A stretch of DNA of 64,000 bases from an uncultured Holophagales bacterium. Lineage in GTDB: Bacteria > Acidobacteriota > Thermoanaerobaculia > Multivoradales > UBA5704. Made by a program: the position numbers and the translations under genes. The DNA lies in contig CAWJGT010000009.1 of assembly GCA_963842525.1 (NCBI GenBank), positions 384,001 through 448,000 of the forward strand, written 5' to 3'. Positions 10,926-24,119 of the stretch are shown here, piece after piece; position 1 is the stretch's first letter; the number at the start of each line of letters is the position of its first letter. The notes beneath the pieces are model-generated. The model saw only the letters and a program-made list of their open reading frames with translations. It was not told where the DNA came from and made no database searches.

Positions 10926-11500
10926 GCCGGGCGGGCCATCCCCACCGGGCTGTCCCCCGTCCGTCCGTCCGCCGGAGCCGGGGTGGGCGCGCTGGCGATC
11001 CGGCTCTGCTCGGGCCTCGATTCAGGCCGCGAGTCCGGCCTCGCCTCGGGCCGCGCCGGGCTCGGCCGGACGGCGTCCTTCGGCTCCATGTCGATGCTCC
11101 CCTTGAAGCGGGAGCCGTCCTCCAGCACCACCCGCGGCGACGTGATGTTGCCGCGCACCGCGCCCGACTGACGGACGATCGCCTGCTCCTGCGCGAAGAC
11201 GTTGCCGTCCACCTCCCCCTCGATCATCACGACCCGGCCGAAGACGTCGGCCCGGACGCGGCCGTTGCGGCCCACCGTCACGTTGTTCTGCTTGAGGTCC
11301 ACCTTGCCCTCGACGCGGCCCTCGATCACGAGGTCCTCTTCGCCGGTCAGGTCGCCCTTGATGAAAATGGAGGGACCGATCGTGGCCCGGTCCGAGGTCC
11401 GGCGTGGCGCCTCGGGAGACGGGGCCGGAGCCGCAGGGCGGGGAGCCGCAGCCGGCTCGGCAGGGGTGTAGGTGGGGGGATCGTCCTTCTTCCAAGCCAT
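10922..11500 (-). CDS. Bactofilin (polymer-forming cytoskeletal protein)
   Basis: TIGPSIFIKGDLTGEEDLVIEGRVEG...GNITSPRVVLEDGSRFKGSIDM beta-helix flanked by Pro-rich tails. Confidence 0.93.
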   Translation of the reverse strand: MAWKKDDPPTYTPAEPAAAPRPAAPAPSPEAPRRTSDRATIGPSIFIKGDLTGEEDLVIEGRVEGKVDLKQNNVTVGRNGRVRADVFGRVVMIEGEVDGNVFAQEQAIVRQSGAVRGNITSPRVVLEDGSRFKGSIDMEPKDAVRPSPARPEARPDSRPESRPEQSRIASAPTPAPADGRTGDSPVGMARPA

Positions 11501-11608
11501 GGAACTTCTCCTTCTACGTCAGACGTGGTATCAGCAGGGTAGGGTCGTGGAAGAGAGAAGTCAAGGTTTAAATAGCAATTCGCCTATACATTAGCTGCGG
11601 GAGTGGAA

Positions 11609-12038
11609 TCACCCCGCCAGGCGGGCGTTCAACGTGATCTCGACGCCGGCCAGAGCCTGGGAGACGGGGCATCCTTCCTTGGCCTTTTTCGCGTGCTCCT
11701 GGAAGGCGGCCTCGTCGAGGCCCGGTACCGCGGACTCGTTGTCGAGCTCGATGCGGGTGATCTTGAATCCCTCGCCGACCTTCTCGAGGTGGACCTTGGC
11801 GGAGGTGGCGACCCGCGTCGGGGTATGGCCCGCGCGGCCGAGCCCGGCCGACAGCGCCATCGAGAAGCAGCCGGCGTGGGCGGCGCCGATGCAGCTCCTC
11901 CGGATTGGTGCCTTTGGCCTCCTCGAAGCGCGAGCCGAACGAATAGGGCCCTTCGTACGCGCCGCTGCCCAGCGCGACCTTTCCGTGCCCTTCCTTGAGA
12001 CTCCCTTCCCAGACGGCGTTGGCTGTGCGTACCGGCAT
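11609..12038 (-). CDS. osmC: OsmC family peroxiredoxin, apparent frameshift ~11892
   Basis: MPVRTANAVWEGSLKEG...GTNPEEL / AAHAGCFSMAL...CPVSQAL; one extra base splits the frame. Confidence 0.88.
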
Positions 12039-12052
12039 GACGTTCCTCCCTC

Positions 12053-12490
12053 TTATTCTTTCTTTTCGTTCTTGTGTTTGTCCGGTTCGGCGGCTCGGAA
12101 GACGAGCTTGGTGCCCGGCGGGAGCTCGCGGAGGCGCGTGATCTCGACGGCCCGATCCGCGTCCCAATCCACGTGCAGATCGAATTCGACGACATCGCTG
12201 GGGGCGATCCCGTCCAGCGAGACCCCTTCGGCCACAGCGAAAGGCATGTTCATGGGGTCCATGCCCTCCACCTCCCCGCTCTGCCCCACGAAATCGTCCA
12301 CGGCCTCGTGACTGATGTAGAGGCCGGACCCGGGGCTGCTCGGATCGGGGAGCTGCGTCACCTGGCCGCGCACGGTGTAGGTGCGCCCCCCCTCCGCCGA
12401 GGCGGTTTTCTGCTCCCCGCAGCCCGCAACGGCCAGAAGAGCGAGCGCCAGGAATGCGATGCTGGCCAGGGTTTCGAGCCTCGTCTTCAT
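12053..12490 (-). CDS. CusF-like copper-binding lipoprotein
   Basis: Lipobox VAGC; ISHEAV...MDPMNMPF metal-binding pattern. Confidence 0.75.
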   Translation of the reverse strand: MKTRLETLASIAFLALALLAVAGCGEQKTASAEGGRTYTVRGQVTQLPDPSSPGSGLYISHEAVDDFVGQSGEVEGMDPMNMPFAVAEGVSLDGIAPSDVVEFDLHVDWDADRAVEITRLRELPPGTKLVFRAAEPDKHKNEKKE

Positions 12491-12556
12491 GGCAGGCGGG
12501 ATCGTAGCACGGGCACATGGCTTGATATGGTTCTGCCGGAGGCGAGAGGAGGAGCG

Positions 12557-14209
12557 ATGAGCGAGAAACGGGGCGACGGGCAGGAGCTGCGGCTGGGCCG
12601 GTGGAGCGAGGTGGTGGAGGCGCGCCTGCGCCGGTGGGAGGCGGAAGATTTCGGACGGCGGCTCTGGGCGAAGGACCACACGCTCTGGTCGCCCGAGCCG
12701 GTCCCCGAGCTGACCGACCGGCTGGGGTGGCTCGAGCTGCCGGACACCATGCCGTCGCAGATCGACGAGCTCGAACGCTTCGCCGCCGGGGTCCGCGACG
12801 AGGGGTTTCAGGAGGCGGTCGTGCTGGGCATGGGCGGCTCCAGCCTGGCGCCTGAAGTGTTCGCCCGCACCTTCGGCGCGGCTCCCGGTCATCCGGCCCT
12901 CTCGGTGCTCGACTCCACCCATCCGGACGCCGTGACCGAGGCGGCTGCGCGGCTCGATCCGGAACGGACGCTCTTCCTGGTCTCCAGCAAGTCGGGAACG
13001 ACGACCGAGACGAGCTCTCTGTTCCGCTACTTCTGGGAGAAGACCGGCGGCGCCGGCCGGTGCTTCGCGGCGATCACCGACCCCGGTACGCCGCTGGAGC
13101 GGCTGGCGCGCGAGCGTGGCTTTCGCGCCGTGTTCCACGCACCCGATGAGGTCGGCGGACGCTACAGCGCCCTCACCACGTTCGGCCTGGTGCCGGCGGC
13201 CCTGCTCGGCATCGACCTGCGGCGCCTGCTCGACCGCGCCCGGTCGATGGCCGGAGCGTACGGGCCCGGCCTGCGCCTGGGCGCCGCCCTGGGCGAGCTG
13301 GCCCGGGCCGGCCGCGACAAGCTGACCTTCCTCACTACGCCGGGCTTGGCGTCCTTCCCCGCCTGGATCGAGCAGCTCGTGGCCGAGAGCACCGGCAAGC
13401 ACGGCCAGGGAATCGTGCCGGTGGTCGGCGAGCCGCCGGGCGGGCTGGACCGCTATGGCGACGACCGGATCTTCGTCGCGCTGCTTCTCGCCGGGGAGAG
13501 CGACGCCCAGGAGGAGCGGCTCGCCGCTCTCGAGGCGGCCGGCCACCCGGTCGCGCGGTTCCGGCTCTCCGATCCCTACGATCTGGGCCGCGAGATCTTC
13601 CGCTGGGAGGTTGCGACCGCGGCCGCCGGCGCCGTCCTCGGGATCAACCCCTTCGACCAGCCGGACGTGCAGCTCGCCAAGGAGCTGGCCGGGCAGGCGA
13701 TGAAGGAGCGCGGGCGCGGCGCGGCCCCGTCCTCCTCACCCGAGGCGGCCGCCACGGACGCCGGGGCGCTCGGCCGCGCCCTGCAGGACTGGCTCGCCGG
13801 CACGTCCGCCGTGGACTACCTGGGCATCCACGCCTACCTGCCGGCGTCCACTCCGGTGACCGAGGCGCTCCACAACATGCAGGGCACGCTCCGCGACCGC
13901 ACCCGTTGCGCCGTGACGGCCGGTTACGGCCCGCGGTTCCTCCACTCGACCGGTCAGCTTCACAAGGGCGGCCCGGCCGGTGGCCGCTTCCTCCAGATCG
14001 TCGACGACACCGGCGACCGGGTGCCGGTGCCCGAGACCGACTACAGCTTCGGCGTGCTGGTCCGAGCCCAGGCGAATGGCGACCGGCAGGCCCTGGAGCA
14101 GCGGGGGCGCAAGGTCCTGCGCGTCGCCCTGGGAGCCGGCGTGCCGGCGGTGCAGGAGGGGCTCCAGACCCTGGTGAGCCTGCTGGCGGGCTCGGCGGAG
14201 CGACCGTGA
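12557..14209 (+). CDS. pgi: Glucose-6-phosphate isomerase (tal-pgi-type PGI domain)
   Basis: GMGGSSL, SSKSGTT, VGGRYS, QLVAESTGK, NPFDQPDV; RBS GGAGG. Confidence 0.9.
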   Translation: MSEKRGDGQELRLGRWSEVVEARLRRWEAEDFGRRLWAKDHTLWSPEPVPELTDRLGWLELPDTMPSQIDELERFAAGVRDEGFQEAVVLGMGGSSLAPEVFARTFGAAPGHPALSVLDSTHPDAVTEAAARLDPERTLFLVSSKSGTTTETSSLFRYFWEKTGGAGRCFAAITDPGTPLERLARERGFRAVFHAPDEVGGRYSALTTFGLVPAALLGIDLRRLLDRARSMAGAYGPGLRLGAALGELARAGRDKLTFLTTPGLASFPAWIEQLVAESTGKHGQGIVPVVGEPPGGLDRYGDDRIFVALLLAGESDAQEERLAALEAAGHPVARFRLSDPYDLGREIFRWEVATAAAGAVLGINPFDQPDVQLAKELAGQAMKERGRGAAPSSSPEAAATDAGALGRALQDWLAGTSAVDYLGIHAYLPASTPVTEALHNMQGTLRDRTRCAVTAGYGPRFLHSTGQLHKGGPAGGRFLQIVDDTGDRVPVPETDYSFGVLVRAQANGDRQALEQRGRKVLRVALGAGVPAVQEGLQTLVSLLAGSAERP

Positions 14210-15207
14210 TCCTGGCCGGGGACATCGGCGGCACCAAGACGAACATCGGCCTCTTCGAGGTCCAGGAGGGCCGGCCGCACCTGGTCAGGGCCGAGACCTA
14301 TGTGAGCGAGGAGCACGCGGGGCTCGCGGCCCTGGTGTCGGCGTTCCTGGCGGAGCATCCGGAGGCGCGGATCGAGGCAGCGTGCTTCGGGGTCCCCGGC
14401 GCGGTCCTCGACAACCGGGCCGTGACGCCGAACCTCTCCTGGGACGTCGACGGCGACCGGGTCGCCGCCGAGACGGGCATCCCCCGGGTCGTGCTGATCA
14501 ATGACCTGGTGGCTACGGCGGAGGGGATCCCCCTCCTGGAGGAGGACGAGCTCGCCACCCTCCAGACGGGCGTGCCGGACGCCCCGGGGCGGGAGGGGAA
14601 CCGGGCCCTGATCGCCGCCGGGACCGGGCTCGGCACGGCGCTGCTGCCGCGGATCGGCGACCGCTGGGTGCCTGTCCCTTCCGAGGGAGGGCACGCCGAT
14701 TTCGCTCCCCGCAACGAGGACGAGATCGGCCTGCTGCGTTCCCTGCGGGAGCGCTTCGGGCGGGTGAGCGTCGAGCGTGTGATCTCGGGCCCCGGCCTCT
14801 TCAATATCTACAGCTTTCTGCGCGATACCCAGCACGTCCAGGGCAACCCGCGGGTGCAACAGGCCCTGGCCGAGGGCGAGGACCCGGCGCGGGTGATCGG
14901 CGAAGCGGCGCTCGCCGCCGACCCGGAGGCGCGCTGCGGCCTCTGCTCACGGGCCCTGGAGATCTTCGTCGCCGTCTATGGCGCCACGGCGGGCAACCTG
15001 GCGCTGCTCGGCACGGCCACGGGCGGGGTCTACGTCGGCGGCGGCATCGCGCCGAAGATCCTGGCGCGCCTGCAGGACGGGCTCTTCGTGCAGACCTTCG
15101 TGGCCAAAGGGAGATACACACCCTACCTGGAACGGGTCCCGGTGCGCGTCATCCTGAACGACCGCGCGGCGCTGCTCGGCGCGGCGCGGCGGGCCGCGGC
15201 GCTGTAA
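14206..15207 (+). CDS. glk: Glucokinase
   Basis: ILAGDIGGT, LIND, GTGLG, SEGGH, ERVISGPG, GGGIAPK; GTGA overlap with pgi stop. Confidence 0.93.
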   Translation: MILAGDIGGTKTNIGLFEVQEGRPHLVRAETYVSEEHAGLAALVSAFLAEHPEARIEAACFGVPGAVLDNRAVTPNLSWDVDGDRVAAETGIPRVVLINDLVATAEGIPLLEEDELATLQTGVPDAPGREGNRALIAAGTGLGTALLPRIGDRWVPVPSEGGHADFAPRNEDEIGLLRSLRERFGRVSVERVISGPGLFNIYSFLRDTQHVQGNPRVQQALAEGEDPARVIGEAALAADPEARCGLCSRALEIFVAVYGATAGNLALLGTATGGVYVGGGIAPKILARLQDGLFVQTFVAKGRYTPYLERVPVRVILNDRAALLGAARRAAAL

Positions 15208-15358
15208 GCCCTCTCCCCCCGCCCCCCTCTCCCGTGCGGCCTGCCACTCCCCACCCCGAACGGGAGAGGGGGAAAACCAAGAATTGGGTGGAGGCGCCCC
15301 TCTCCCGCTCGGGGTGGGGGAGGGGTGGCCGCGCGGGGGAGGGGTCGGGGGAGGGGGC
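15208..15358. repeat. REP-like palindromic element (CCCTCTCCC...GGGAGAGGG type)
   Basis: Repeated ccctctccc and complementary gggagaggg/gggaggggt tracts between convergent genes. Confidence 0.65.
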
Positions 15359-15561
15359 CAAAAAGCGGCAGCCCCTGGACAAAAAAAGAGACGGCGCATA
15401 GGGCCGTCTGGGAATGGGGAGGTTCTGTTCGATCCGCTTCTTCTGCATTCGCGATGCCAGGGCTTTTTCTGACGGGGAAGGAAGGCGGCAGCTTCCTGAA
15501 CCGGCGCTCCTGGCGTCCTCCTCCGGGCATGATCGGCCAAAAAGGCACGGTGCGGGCGCTG

Positions 15562-17185
15562 TCACTCCTGCGGCGTCTGCATGCCCGCGGGCGCATCCGC
15601 GCCGCGGTGGCTTCCCGGAGTACAGCCCAGAGGGCCGGTGGCGGGTTGCCAGTACTCGGGTTTCCAGAACGGCACATTGTCGAAGCCCCCATGGGTCTGG
15701 GGGTGACATTTCTCGACGGCCGAGCCGAAGTCGAAGGCCTTGATGTGGACCCGGTCCCGGATCTCGGCCGGTGTCCGGTCGACCTCGCGGAGCAGGTTGA
15801 AGATCCGGCCCGCGGTACGGTCGAGGCGGTAGCGGGGGTCCTCCAGGAAGTTGTCGATCCAGACGAGCAGCGAGCCGCGCGGGGCGACCTCGAACCACGG
15901 CCAGTGACGCTCCAGGAATTCGGCCCGCTCCTGCAGGGTCAGGTGGTAGATCCGGGTCTCCCTGTGGGCCGGGTTCATCATGTAGGGGAAGATCGTGTCC
16001 TGGTAGTCGTCCAGGCTGCACGCCGCCGCCATGTAGACGATGTTCTTGACATGGAGCTGCGGGAAGTGCCGGAGTGCGTTGTTGAGGATGATCGCCCCCA
16101 TGCTGTGGCCGATGATGGTCAGCTCCAGATCGGGATGAGCGCTCTGGACGGACAGGAGCTTGCGGAAGAAGGGGGAGAGCGGGCCGTCGCCGGTGGCGCC
16201 CTGGAGGACCTCCGGAGTCCCGGGGTACCTCGGCTGCCTCTCCTTGTTCGAACAAGATACTCGTCCGCCTGTTCAGGATCTCCCAGGCGGGCTGGCCGAG
16301 GCCCTCAACGAGAGGCGTGGTGATGATCTTGGTGAACCCGATGGGGAACCAGCTCATGGCATCCGCCGCCTTACGGCCTCCCGAGCGGCGGTCCACGCCC
16401 ACGTAGATGTCGAGGGGAATCTCTCCGGCCTCGTACCTCCTCAGGGCGTCTTTCCAGTCGTTGTCCCTCCGCGCGGAGGCGGCGTCGAACAGCTCCTCTG
16501 TCCCGGAGCTGGGCAGGCTGGCATAGGCGGAGATCAGGTCCTCGGCGAAGACGAAGGGAGAGGTCAGCTTGGCGGTCCTGCCCTTGATCTGCCCTTGGCG
16601 GACCCGGAACAGGTGGTCGCGATAGTTGGAACGGAGGGAGGAGCTCCAGTTGATGAAAATGGGGTAGAAGTCGTCCTCCACACACTCTTTCTTTTCTCCG
16701 GTCCTTTTCCTGACTTCGTCGCAGGCGAGGAGGCCCTCCTCCCGCTGGAGAGTCGGCCCGATGTCGTTGAGGCCGCCGTGGAGGTAGATCATCACCTGTC
16801 TCTTGCCCGAGGCGAGGAGGCCCTGGAAGACCAAGTCGAGGTGCTCCTCGTACTCATCGCAGTGCTCGGGCTGGAAAAAGCGGCTGGGGAGGAGGCCTCT
16901 CCAGGAGTTGACGACCGCCGGCGTTCCATCGTCCTGGTGGGGTCCCGTCGCCGTTGAAACCGATTCGGCGATCCCGCAGGGCACCTCCTCGTCGTCCTTC
17001 TTCTCCCTCGGCTCTCCCTTGATGGGAAACGAGTCGATGTGCACTGGTTGCCCTTCCCCGGAGTACATCAGGGTGTGGGGTCTGTAGATGGTTGCTGTCT
17101 GCGTCTTGAGCGCGCTGCATCCGCTGGCCGCTAGGACGAGCAGAACCAAGGACAGAGGTCTGGACGAGGACGACAGGAATTCCAT
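15562..17185 (-). CDS. Alpha/beta-hydrolase-like lipoprotein, apparent frameshift ~16230
   Basis: Lipobox-like ASGC; YLHGGLN; FINW; TIIGHSMG nucleophile elbow near 16100 in the downstream frame. Confidence 0.65.
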
Positions 17186-17279
17186 GGGCGATCTCCTCCG
17201 GAAGGGAGAGATGCGACAGCTTTCAAGCCGGCACACTCCGATCTATTGGACGGACGAGACCGCCGGAATCGCGAAAGGT

Positions 17280-17400
17280 TCAGCTTTTCAGATGCCTGGC
17301 CAGGAACGCCGTGGTCTTCTGCCAGGGCATCCTGGGCCGCGGCGTTGTAGTTGCCGCCCGAGGGGTTGGCGAAGGCGTGGTCGGCATCGTCGTAGATGGA
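17280..17400 (-). pseudogene. C-terminal remnant of a dienelactone hydrolase-like gene
   Basis: Manual translation IYDDADHAFANPSGGNYNAAAQDA/WQKTTAFLARHLKS*; no upstream part present. Confidence 0.6.
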
Positions 17401-17404
17401 TCTG

Positions 17405-19479
<2,075 letters not shown>

Positions 19480-19483
<4 letters not shown>

Positions 19484-21072
19484 CGGCCTCCTCCGCCCCC
19501 TTCGGACACGACGCGCACGAGGCTGTAGTCGTGCGCCGGCACCAGGCCGCGCGCCTCCACCTGCGGCAGGCCCCGGACGCCCGCGCGGTAGACCAGGATC
19601 CGGACCCCTTCGGCCAGCGGTGCAATCGGCAGGTCGCGGGCGAGGATCCGCTGCGCCCGGAAGTAGGCGCGGGCGCGCCGCGACAGGTCGACCGACCGTG
19701 CCCCCTCCGCCAGCGCCGCGTCGAGCTCCGGGCTCTCGTAGCCCATGAACTGTGTGGGTCCGCGCGAGCCGAAGCGGACGTTCAGGTTCTCGGGATCGGG
19801 GCCCTGGCTGCCGGCGATCACCGCCAGGTCGAAGTCGTGCCGCGTCAGGATGCGCTCCAGCACCTGGTCCAGGGGCAGCAGGATGGGACGGACCTCGATA
19901 CCCACGGTCCGGAGCTGCTCGCGCAGCACCCCGGCGATCTCGGCATAGGGCGAGACCGAGGTGGTGACCAGATCGAGCTCGAGCCGGACCCCGTCCCGGC
20001 GCGGCGGCCATCCGGCTTCGTCGAGCAGCTCTCGGGCGCGGTCGCGGTCGAAGTCGGGCACGCGCGCGTCGCCGTTGTAGGCCCAGGCAATGGAGGGCGT
20101 ATAGAAGCCGAAAGCGGGCGCGCCATAGCCGTGGAGCGCCCGCCGCAGGATGTCGTGGCGGTCGATCGCCCGGTTGACCGCCTCGCGCACCCGCAGGTCC
20201 GCCAAGGGCCGGCGGCGCAGGTTGAACCCGCAATAGATGCGGGAATCGCTCATCGCATGGCTCACCCGCACCCGGCGGTCCTGCTCCAGGCGGGGGATCA
20301 GGCTCAGGGGAGGGCGGACAACCGTGAAGTCGACCCGTCCCGACAGGAGCATCTCGGGGATGCTTTGCGAATCACTGGAGAACGTATAGACGAGGCGGTC
20401 GAGCCAGGGGCCGGGCCGGTGGAAGGCGCGGTTGGGAACGAGCACGATGCGCTGGCCGCGCACCCACTGCCGCAGCTTGAACGGTCCGGTGCCGACCGGC
20501 TGACCCTCTCGTTCCTTCTGCCTGGGGCCCGCGAGGTGGCGGGGGAGGATGTGGCCGCCCGGCCCGGCGAGGTCGGTGAGGAACGGCGCCCAGGGCTCCT
20601 TCAGCCGGACCACCACCGTCGCCCGGTCCGGGCTCTCGATCCGATCGATCCGCCGCGCCGCCTCGGCGAGGAAGCCGGGTTGGGCGATCAGGTGCTCCAG
20701 GGTCCAGACGACGTCGCCGGCCGTGAAGGGGGCGCCGTCGTGCCAGCGCACACCGTGGCGCAGGCGGAAGGTGTAGACGAGGCCTGCCGGGTCCACCGTC
20801 CAACTCTCCGCCAGGTCCGGAAGGAGACGGGAGTCGGCATCGAGGCCCACCAGGTGGCTGTAGAGGTTCTGCGCCAGGAGGAGGGCGGCCTCGTCGCGGT
20901 TCGATCCGGAGACCAGGCTCCGGGGCTCATAGGGCAGGACCACCCGCAGCTCGCCGCCTCCGCCCTTGACCGGCCGCAGGGGGACGGAGCCGCGCAGCCC
21001 CCAGCCGAGGGCGACCAGGAGGACCGCCAGAAGCGAGATACGGAGCCACCCTGTCGGGGTACGGATCTTCAT
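19480..21072 (-). CDS. ABC substrate-binding protein, family 5 (peptide/nickel)
   Basis: PDLAESW..YTFRLRHGVRWHDG..FTAGDV signature; PVGTGPF; VREAVNRAIDR. Confidence 0.9.
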
Positions 21073-21195
21073 CGATGTCTCAAACGGCCCGTCAGGCACA
21101 CGAAAGCTTGATGATTTCTGTGAGCAAGAAACGTGCCTCGCGGTCGACCTCCGGGAGAGGGGTGCCGGGCCGAAACACCATATACTGTGGGCTGC

Positions 21196-22077
21196 GTGAA
21201 AATCTTCTTCAAATCCCTGGCCGCCCTCCTCTTCCTGACCCTCGCGGTGTGGGCGATCCGCTCCGATTCGGTGCCGGAACGAGGAAGCGCGAGCGCGGCG
21301 CCGCTCGGTCCGGCACCTGCCGGAGGGGACGCCGATTGGCGCACCTCTCCCCTGTGGGACGACGGCAAGGCCGAGTTCTGCGCCTACGACGTCACCTGGG
21401 CCCGCTACGGCCACCGCTTCGACGGCCGCGCCCTGCTGGTCCTAGTCAAGGAGCCCTGGGCGCCGGACCTGGACGTCAAGGCGGATACGCCGCGGCAGAA
21501 CGGCTTCGAGGTGCTGAAGCTCAACCACAGCCGCGACGTGCCGACGGGCATGTACACCTACCACCAGATGGCGAGCGTCTTCGCCCGCCGCGACACGGGC
21601 GCCCTGCGCAAGATCGCCGCCACCAGCGCCGAGGCGTGCGGCGTCTCGACGGCCGAGATGGTGGGGGAGACGCTCGAGACCCGCTCCTACTTCGACGGCC
21701 AGGGGGACCGCTCGCAGCCCTGGCCGGCCGGCGCGCTTCCCGAGGACGGCCTCCCCCTGTTCCTGCGCAGCTACGTCGCAGCGCCGGCGCCTGCCACCCT
21801 GAACGTTTTCCCGTCGTTGATGCAGACCCGCTTTCCCGCGCTCGAGCCGGCGGCCTGGCGGGTCGAAAAAAAGACGGTTGATGACGGAATCGAGCTGCGC
21901 CTGACGAACGGCCCCGCCTGGCTCGCCTACACCTTCGAGGCCGCCCGCCCGCACCGCCTCCTCCGCTTCGAGCGCGAGGACGGCACGGTCTACCGCCTCG
22001 CCAAGTGCGAGCGCGTCGCCTATTGGGAGAAGCACAACCCGGGCGACGAGGCCTGGTGGCCGGAGCGGGCGCCGTAA
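21196..22077 (+). CDS. Exported hypothetical protein
   Basis: N-terminal hydrophobic segment, WDDGKAE, VLKLN, RVAYW; GC3-biased codons. Confidence 0.7.
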   Translation: MKIFFKSLAALLFLTLAVWAIRSDSVPERGSASAAPLGPAPAGGDADWRTSPLWDDGKAEFCAYDVTWARYGHRFDGRALLVLVKEPWAPDLDVKADTPRQNGFEVLKLNHSRDVPTGMYTYHQMASVFARRDTGALRKIAATSAEACGVSTAEMVGETLETRSYFDGQGDRSQPWPAGALPEDGLPLFLRSYVAAPAPATLNVFPSLMQTRFPALEPAAWRVEKKTVDDGIELRLTNGPAWLAYTFEAARPHRLLRFEREDGTVYRLAKCERVAYWEKHNPGDEAWWPERAP

Positions 22078-22091
22078 CGGAACAGGTCTTT

Positions 22092-22515
22092 TCAGCTCTT
22101 CGCGGGAGGCGCCCCGCCGAACTCGTCCACGAGCTGGCGCAGCCGCGCCAGGAAGCTCCCGCAGCGCCTTCCGGCTGTCGTCGCTGCCCGGCGCCCCTTC
22201 AGTCAACGTGCTCGGGTCCACCGCATAGGGCGCAGGGTGGAGCTGCTGGAGCCCGCCCATCATCTTCCCGCGGCCCGGCATCGGCCCGATGCGCCGGGGA
22301 AACACCGCCTGGAAAAAGCTGTCCGCCGGCAGGTCGAGGATGCGGCACACCTCCAGCACGTGCCGCACCCGTAGCTTCACCTTCCCGCCGAAGATCCGCG
22401 ACAGATAGCCGGTGCTCAGGCCCATCTCCCGCTCGATGATCCGGTGCGATACGCCGCTCAGGCGCACCGCTGTCCGCAACGCCTCCGTGATGCGGCCGAT
22501 CTCCTCTTCCGTCAT
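22092..22515 (-). CDS. XRE-like helix-turn-helix protein, apparent frameshift ~22155
   Basis: LRTAVRLSGVSHRIIEREMGLSTGYLSRIFGG; a one-base correction gives LREFLARLRQLVDEF...KS* ending at 22092. Confidence 0.75.
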
Positions 22516-22678
22516 GCCTGGAAGTATACCCAGGACACCGGCAAGTTTCCATGGTCCGCGACACTGGCTCCCGATGATTGACAATAAAGTCAGCGATGCT
22601 GATGATGAAGCCGCCGTCGTCGTGGCGGTACGGAACGTCCCCGCGGCCGGGGACGCCGGACTTCATTCCAGAGGAGGG

Positions 22679-23201
22679 ATGCCGATGTTGAAACCGCCGG
22701 AAGAAATGGACCTCAATGCCTTCGACAGGCGTTTTCTCAATCTCATCGACGTGCTCGACGAGGCTCCGGGCTGCTCGCAGGCGGACTACGGCGGGCCTTG
22801 GAAGATCGTGCCGCTGAGCCGGGAAGCTCGGGGTCTTCCGCAGTTGGGAAGACCCACGGGCCGGAGACCTGCCGACCGTGGTCACGGGCCTGCGCGAGAC
22901 GGCCCTGCGCTTCACCGCGGTCCTGCCCTGTGCCGGCGTCGAGCACTCCCTGTACCTGGCCGACTCTCCCGAGGCTCACGGCTTCGCGATCCGGGGCGCG
23001 GGTCCGGAGGCCCTCGCCTGGATGCAGCATTTCAATCCGGACCTCTTCGAAGCCTACCGGGTCTCGGAGCATCTGGCGCGCTCGCCCGTCAGCGTGGCGG
23101 CGGTTCTGGAGTCCGCGGGGCCGCTGGCGATCCATCACGTGGGCCGCATCCTGGCGCGCAACATGGGGGCGCAGGTCCGGCGGTTGCATCCGCGGCGCTG
23201 A
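22679..23201 (+). CDS. Hypothetical protein, frameshifted
   Basis: RBS GAGGAGG before ATG 22679; C-terminal part in ORF 22878-23201. Confidence 0.5.
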
Positions 23202-23219
23202 GCCCGGGGGCCTGGGGAG

Positions 23220-23831
23220 ATGACCGCCGGCCGCCTCCGCCTCGTCCGGTCGCTGGTTCGGGCCTTCTTCCCGGAATACCTGCGGCTGGTCGAGCCCGAT
23301 GCCGCGGAGCGCCTGCGCCTGGACCGCCTCGAGTGGCTCCACCTGCCGGGCCCGGCTCTCGCCGCCGAAGCCCTGGAAGCCGGGGGAGGCAAGGCCACCC
23401 TGGTGCTCCGGATCGACCGCGGCGAGCCGTCGCCGGACGATCTCTCGAGCTGGCTGGTGCGCGGCCCCGGCCGGCTGAAGGTTCACTATGGCCGGCCCGT
23501 CCTGCTCCACGTGCTCAGCGTAGAGCAGGGCCGGCCCGGGGTGAACCTGGACACGGCCGTGGCGGCGCGGCTGGCGGGCTTCGAAGCGCTCCGGATCTTC
23601 TATACCCGGTTCGGTCTCGCGGGCGCCCGGGCGGAATACTGGTTGAGCCGGCCCGAGCCCCTGGCCTGGGCCCTCGCCGCCTGGATGAGCCCGTCCCGCC
23701 TCAGCCGCGCCGAGCTCCGCGAAGCCTGCCAACGCCGCCTCGCCGCCGCTTCCCTGCCCGAGGAACGGAGGAAGCTGCTGCTGCGCTTTGCCGCGAGCGG
23801 ACCAGGGGGCCTTCGCGAGTCGCTTACATAG
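23220..23831 (+). CDS. Degenerate Rpn/YhgA-like (putative transposase-related) protein
   Basis: FFPEYLRLVEP...LRLDRLEWL and YWLSRPEPLAWALAAWM resemble Rpn-like proteins; catalytic PD-(D/E)xK residues not evident. Confidence 0.45.
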   Translation: MTAGRLRLVRSLVRAFFPEYLRLVEPDAAERLRLDRLEWLHLPGPALAAEALEAGGGKATLVLRIDRGEPSPDDLSSWLVRGPGRLKVHYGRPVLLHVLSVEQGRPGVNLDTAVAARLAGFEALRIFYTRFGLAGARAEYWLSRPEPLAWALAAWMSPSRLSRAELREACQRRLAAASLPEERRKLLLRFAASGPGGLRESLT

Positions 23832-23989
23832 TATCCACCATCCTCCATTCTACTACACGTTCCGCCACGCCAAACTCAGCGACTCTCATCGATCCGTCTG
23901 CATCCGTTGACCAGAACCGTGAAAAAGAAGTAGGGTTCCGTAACGCCGCAACGCGAATGTAGTCGAGCTCGGTAACAAGAGGCGCAGGA

Positions 23990-24017
23990 TTGACAGCGGG
24001 GGTGGGGGAGACATTCT
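23990..24017 (+). promoter_or_regulatory. Possible sigma70-type promoter upstream of the triple-core peptide gene
   Basis: TTGACA-N16-CATTCT about 100 bp before ATG 24120. Confidence 0.35.
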
Positions 24018-24119
24018 CCTCACTGCCCTGCGAGACTAGAGGCCTTGCAACGCGACGCAGCGCCGCGGGCGCCGGGGCCGTGGGGGCGTCCGGCCTGTCC
24101 CGCGGGCAAGGAGGTCAAG

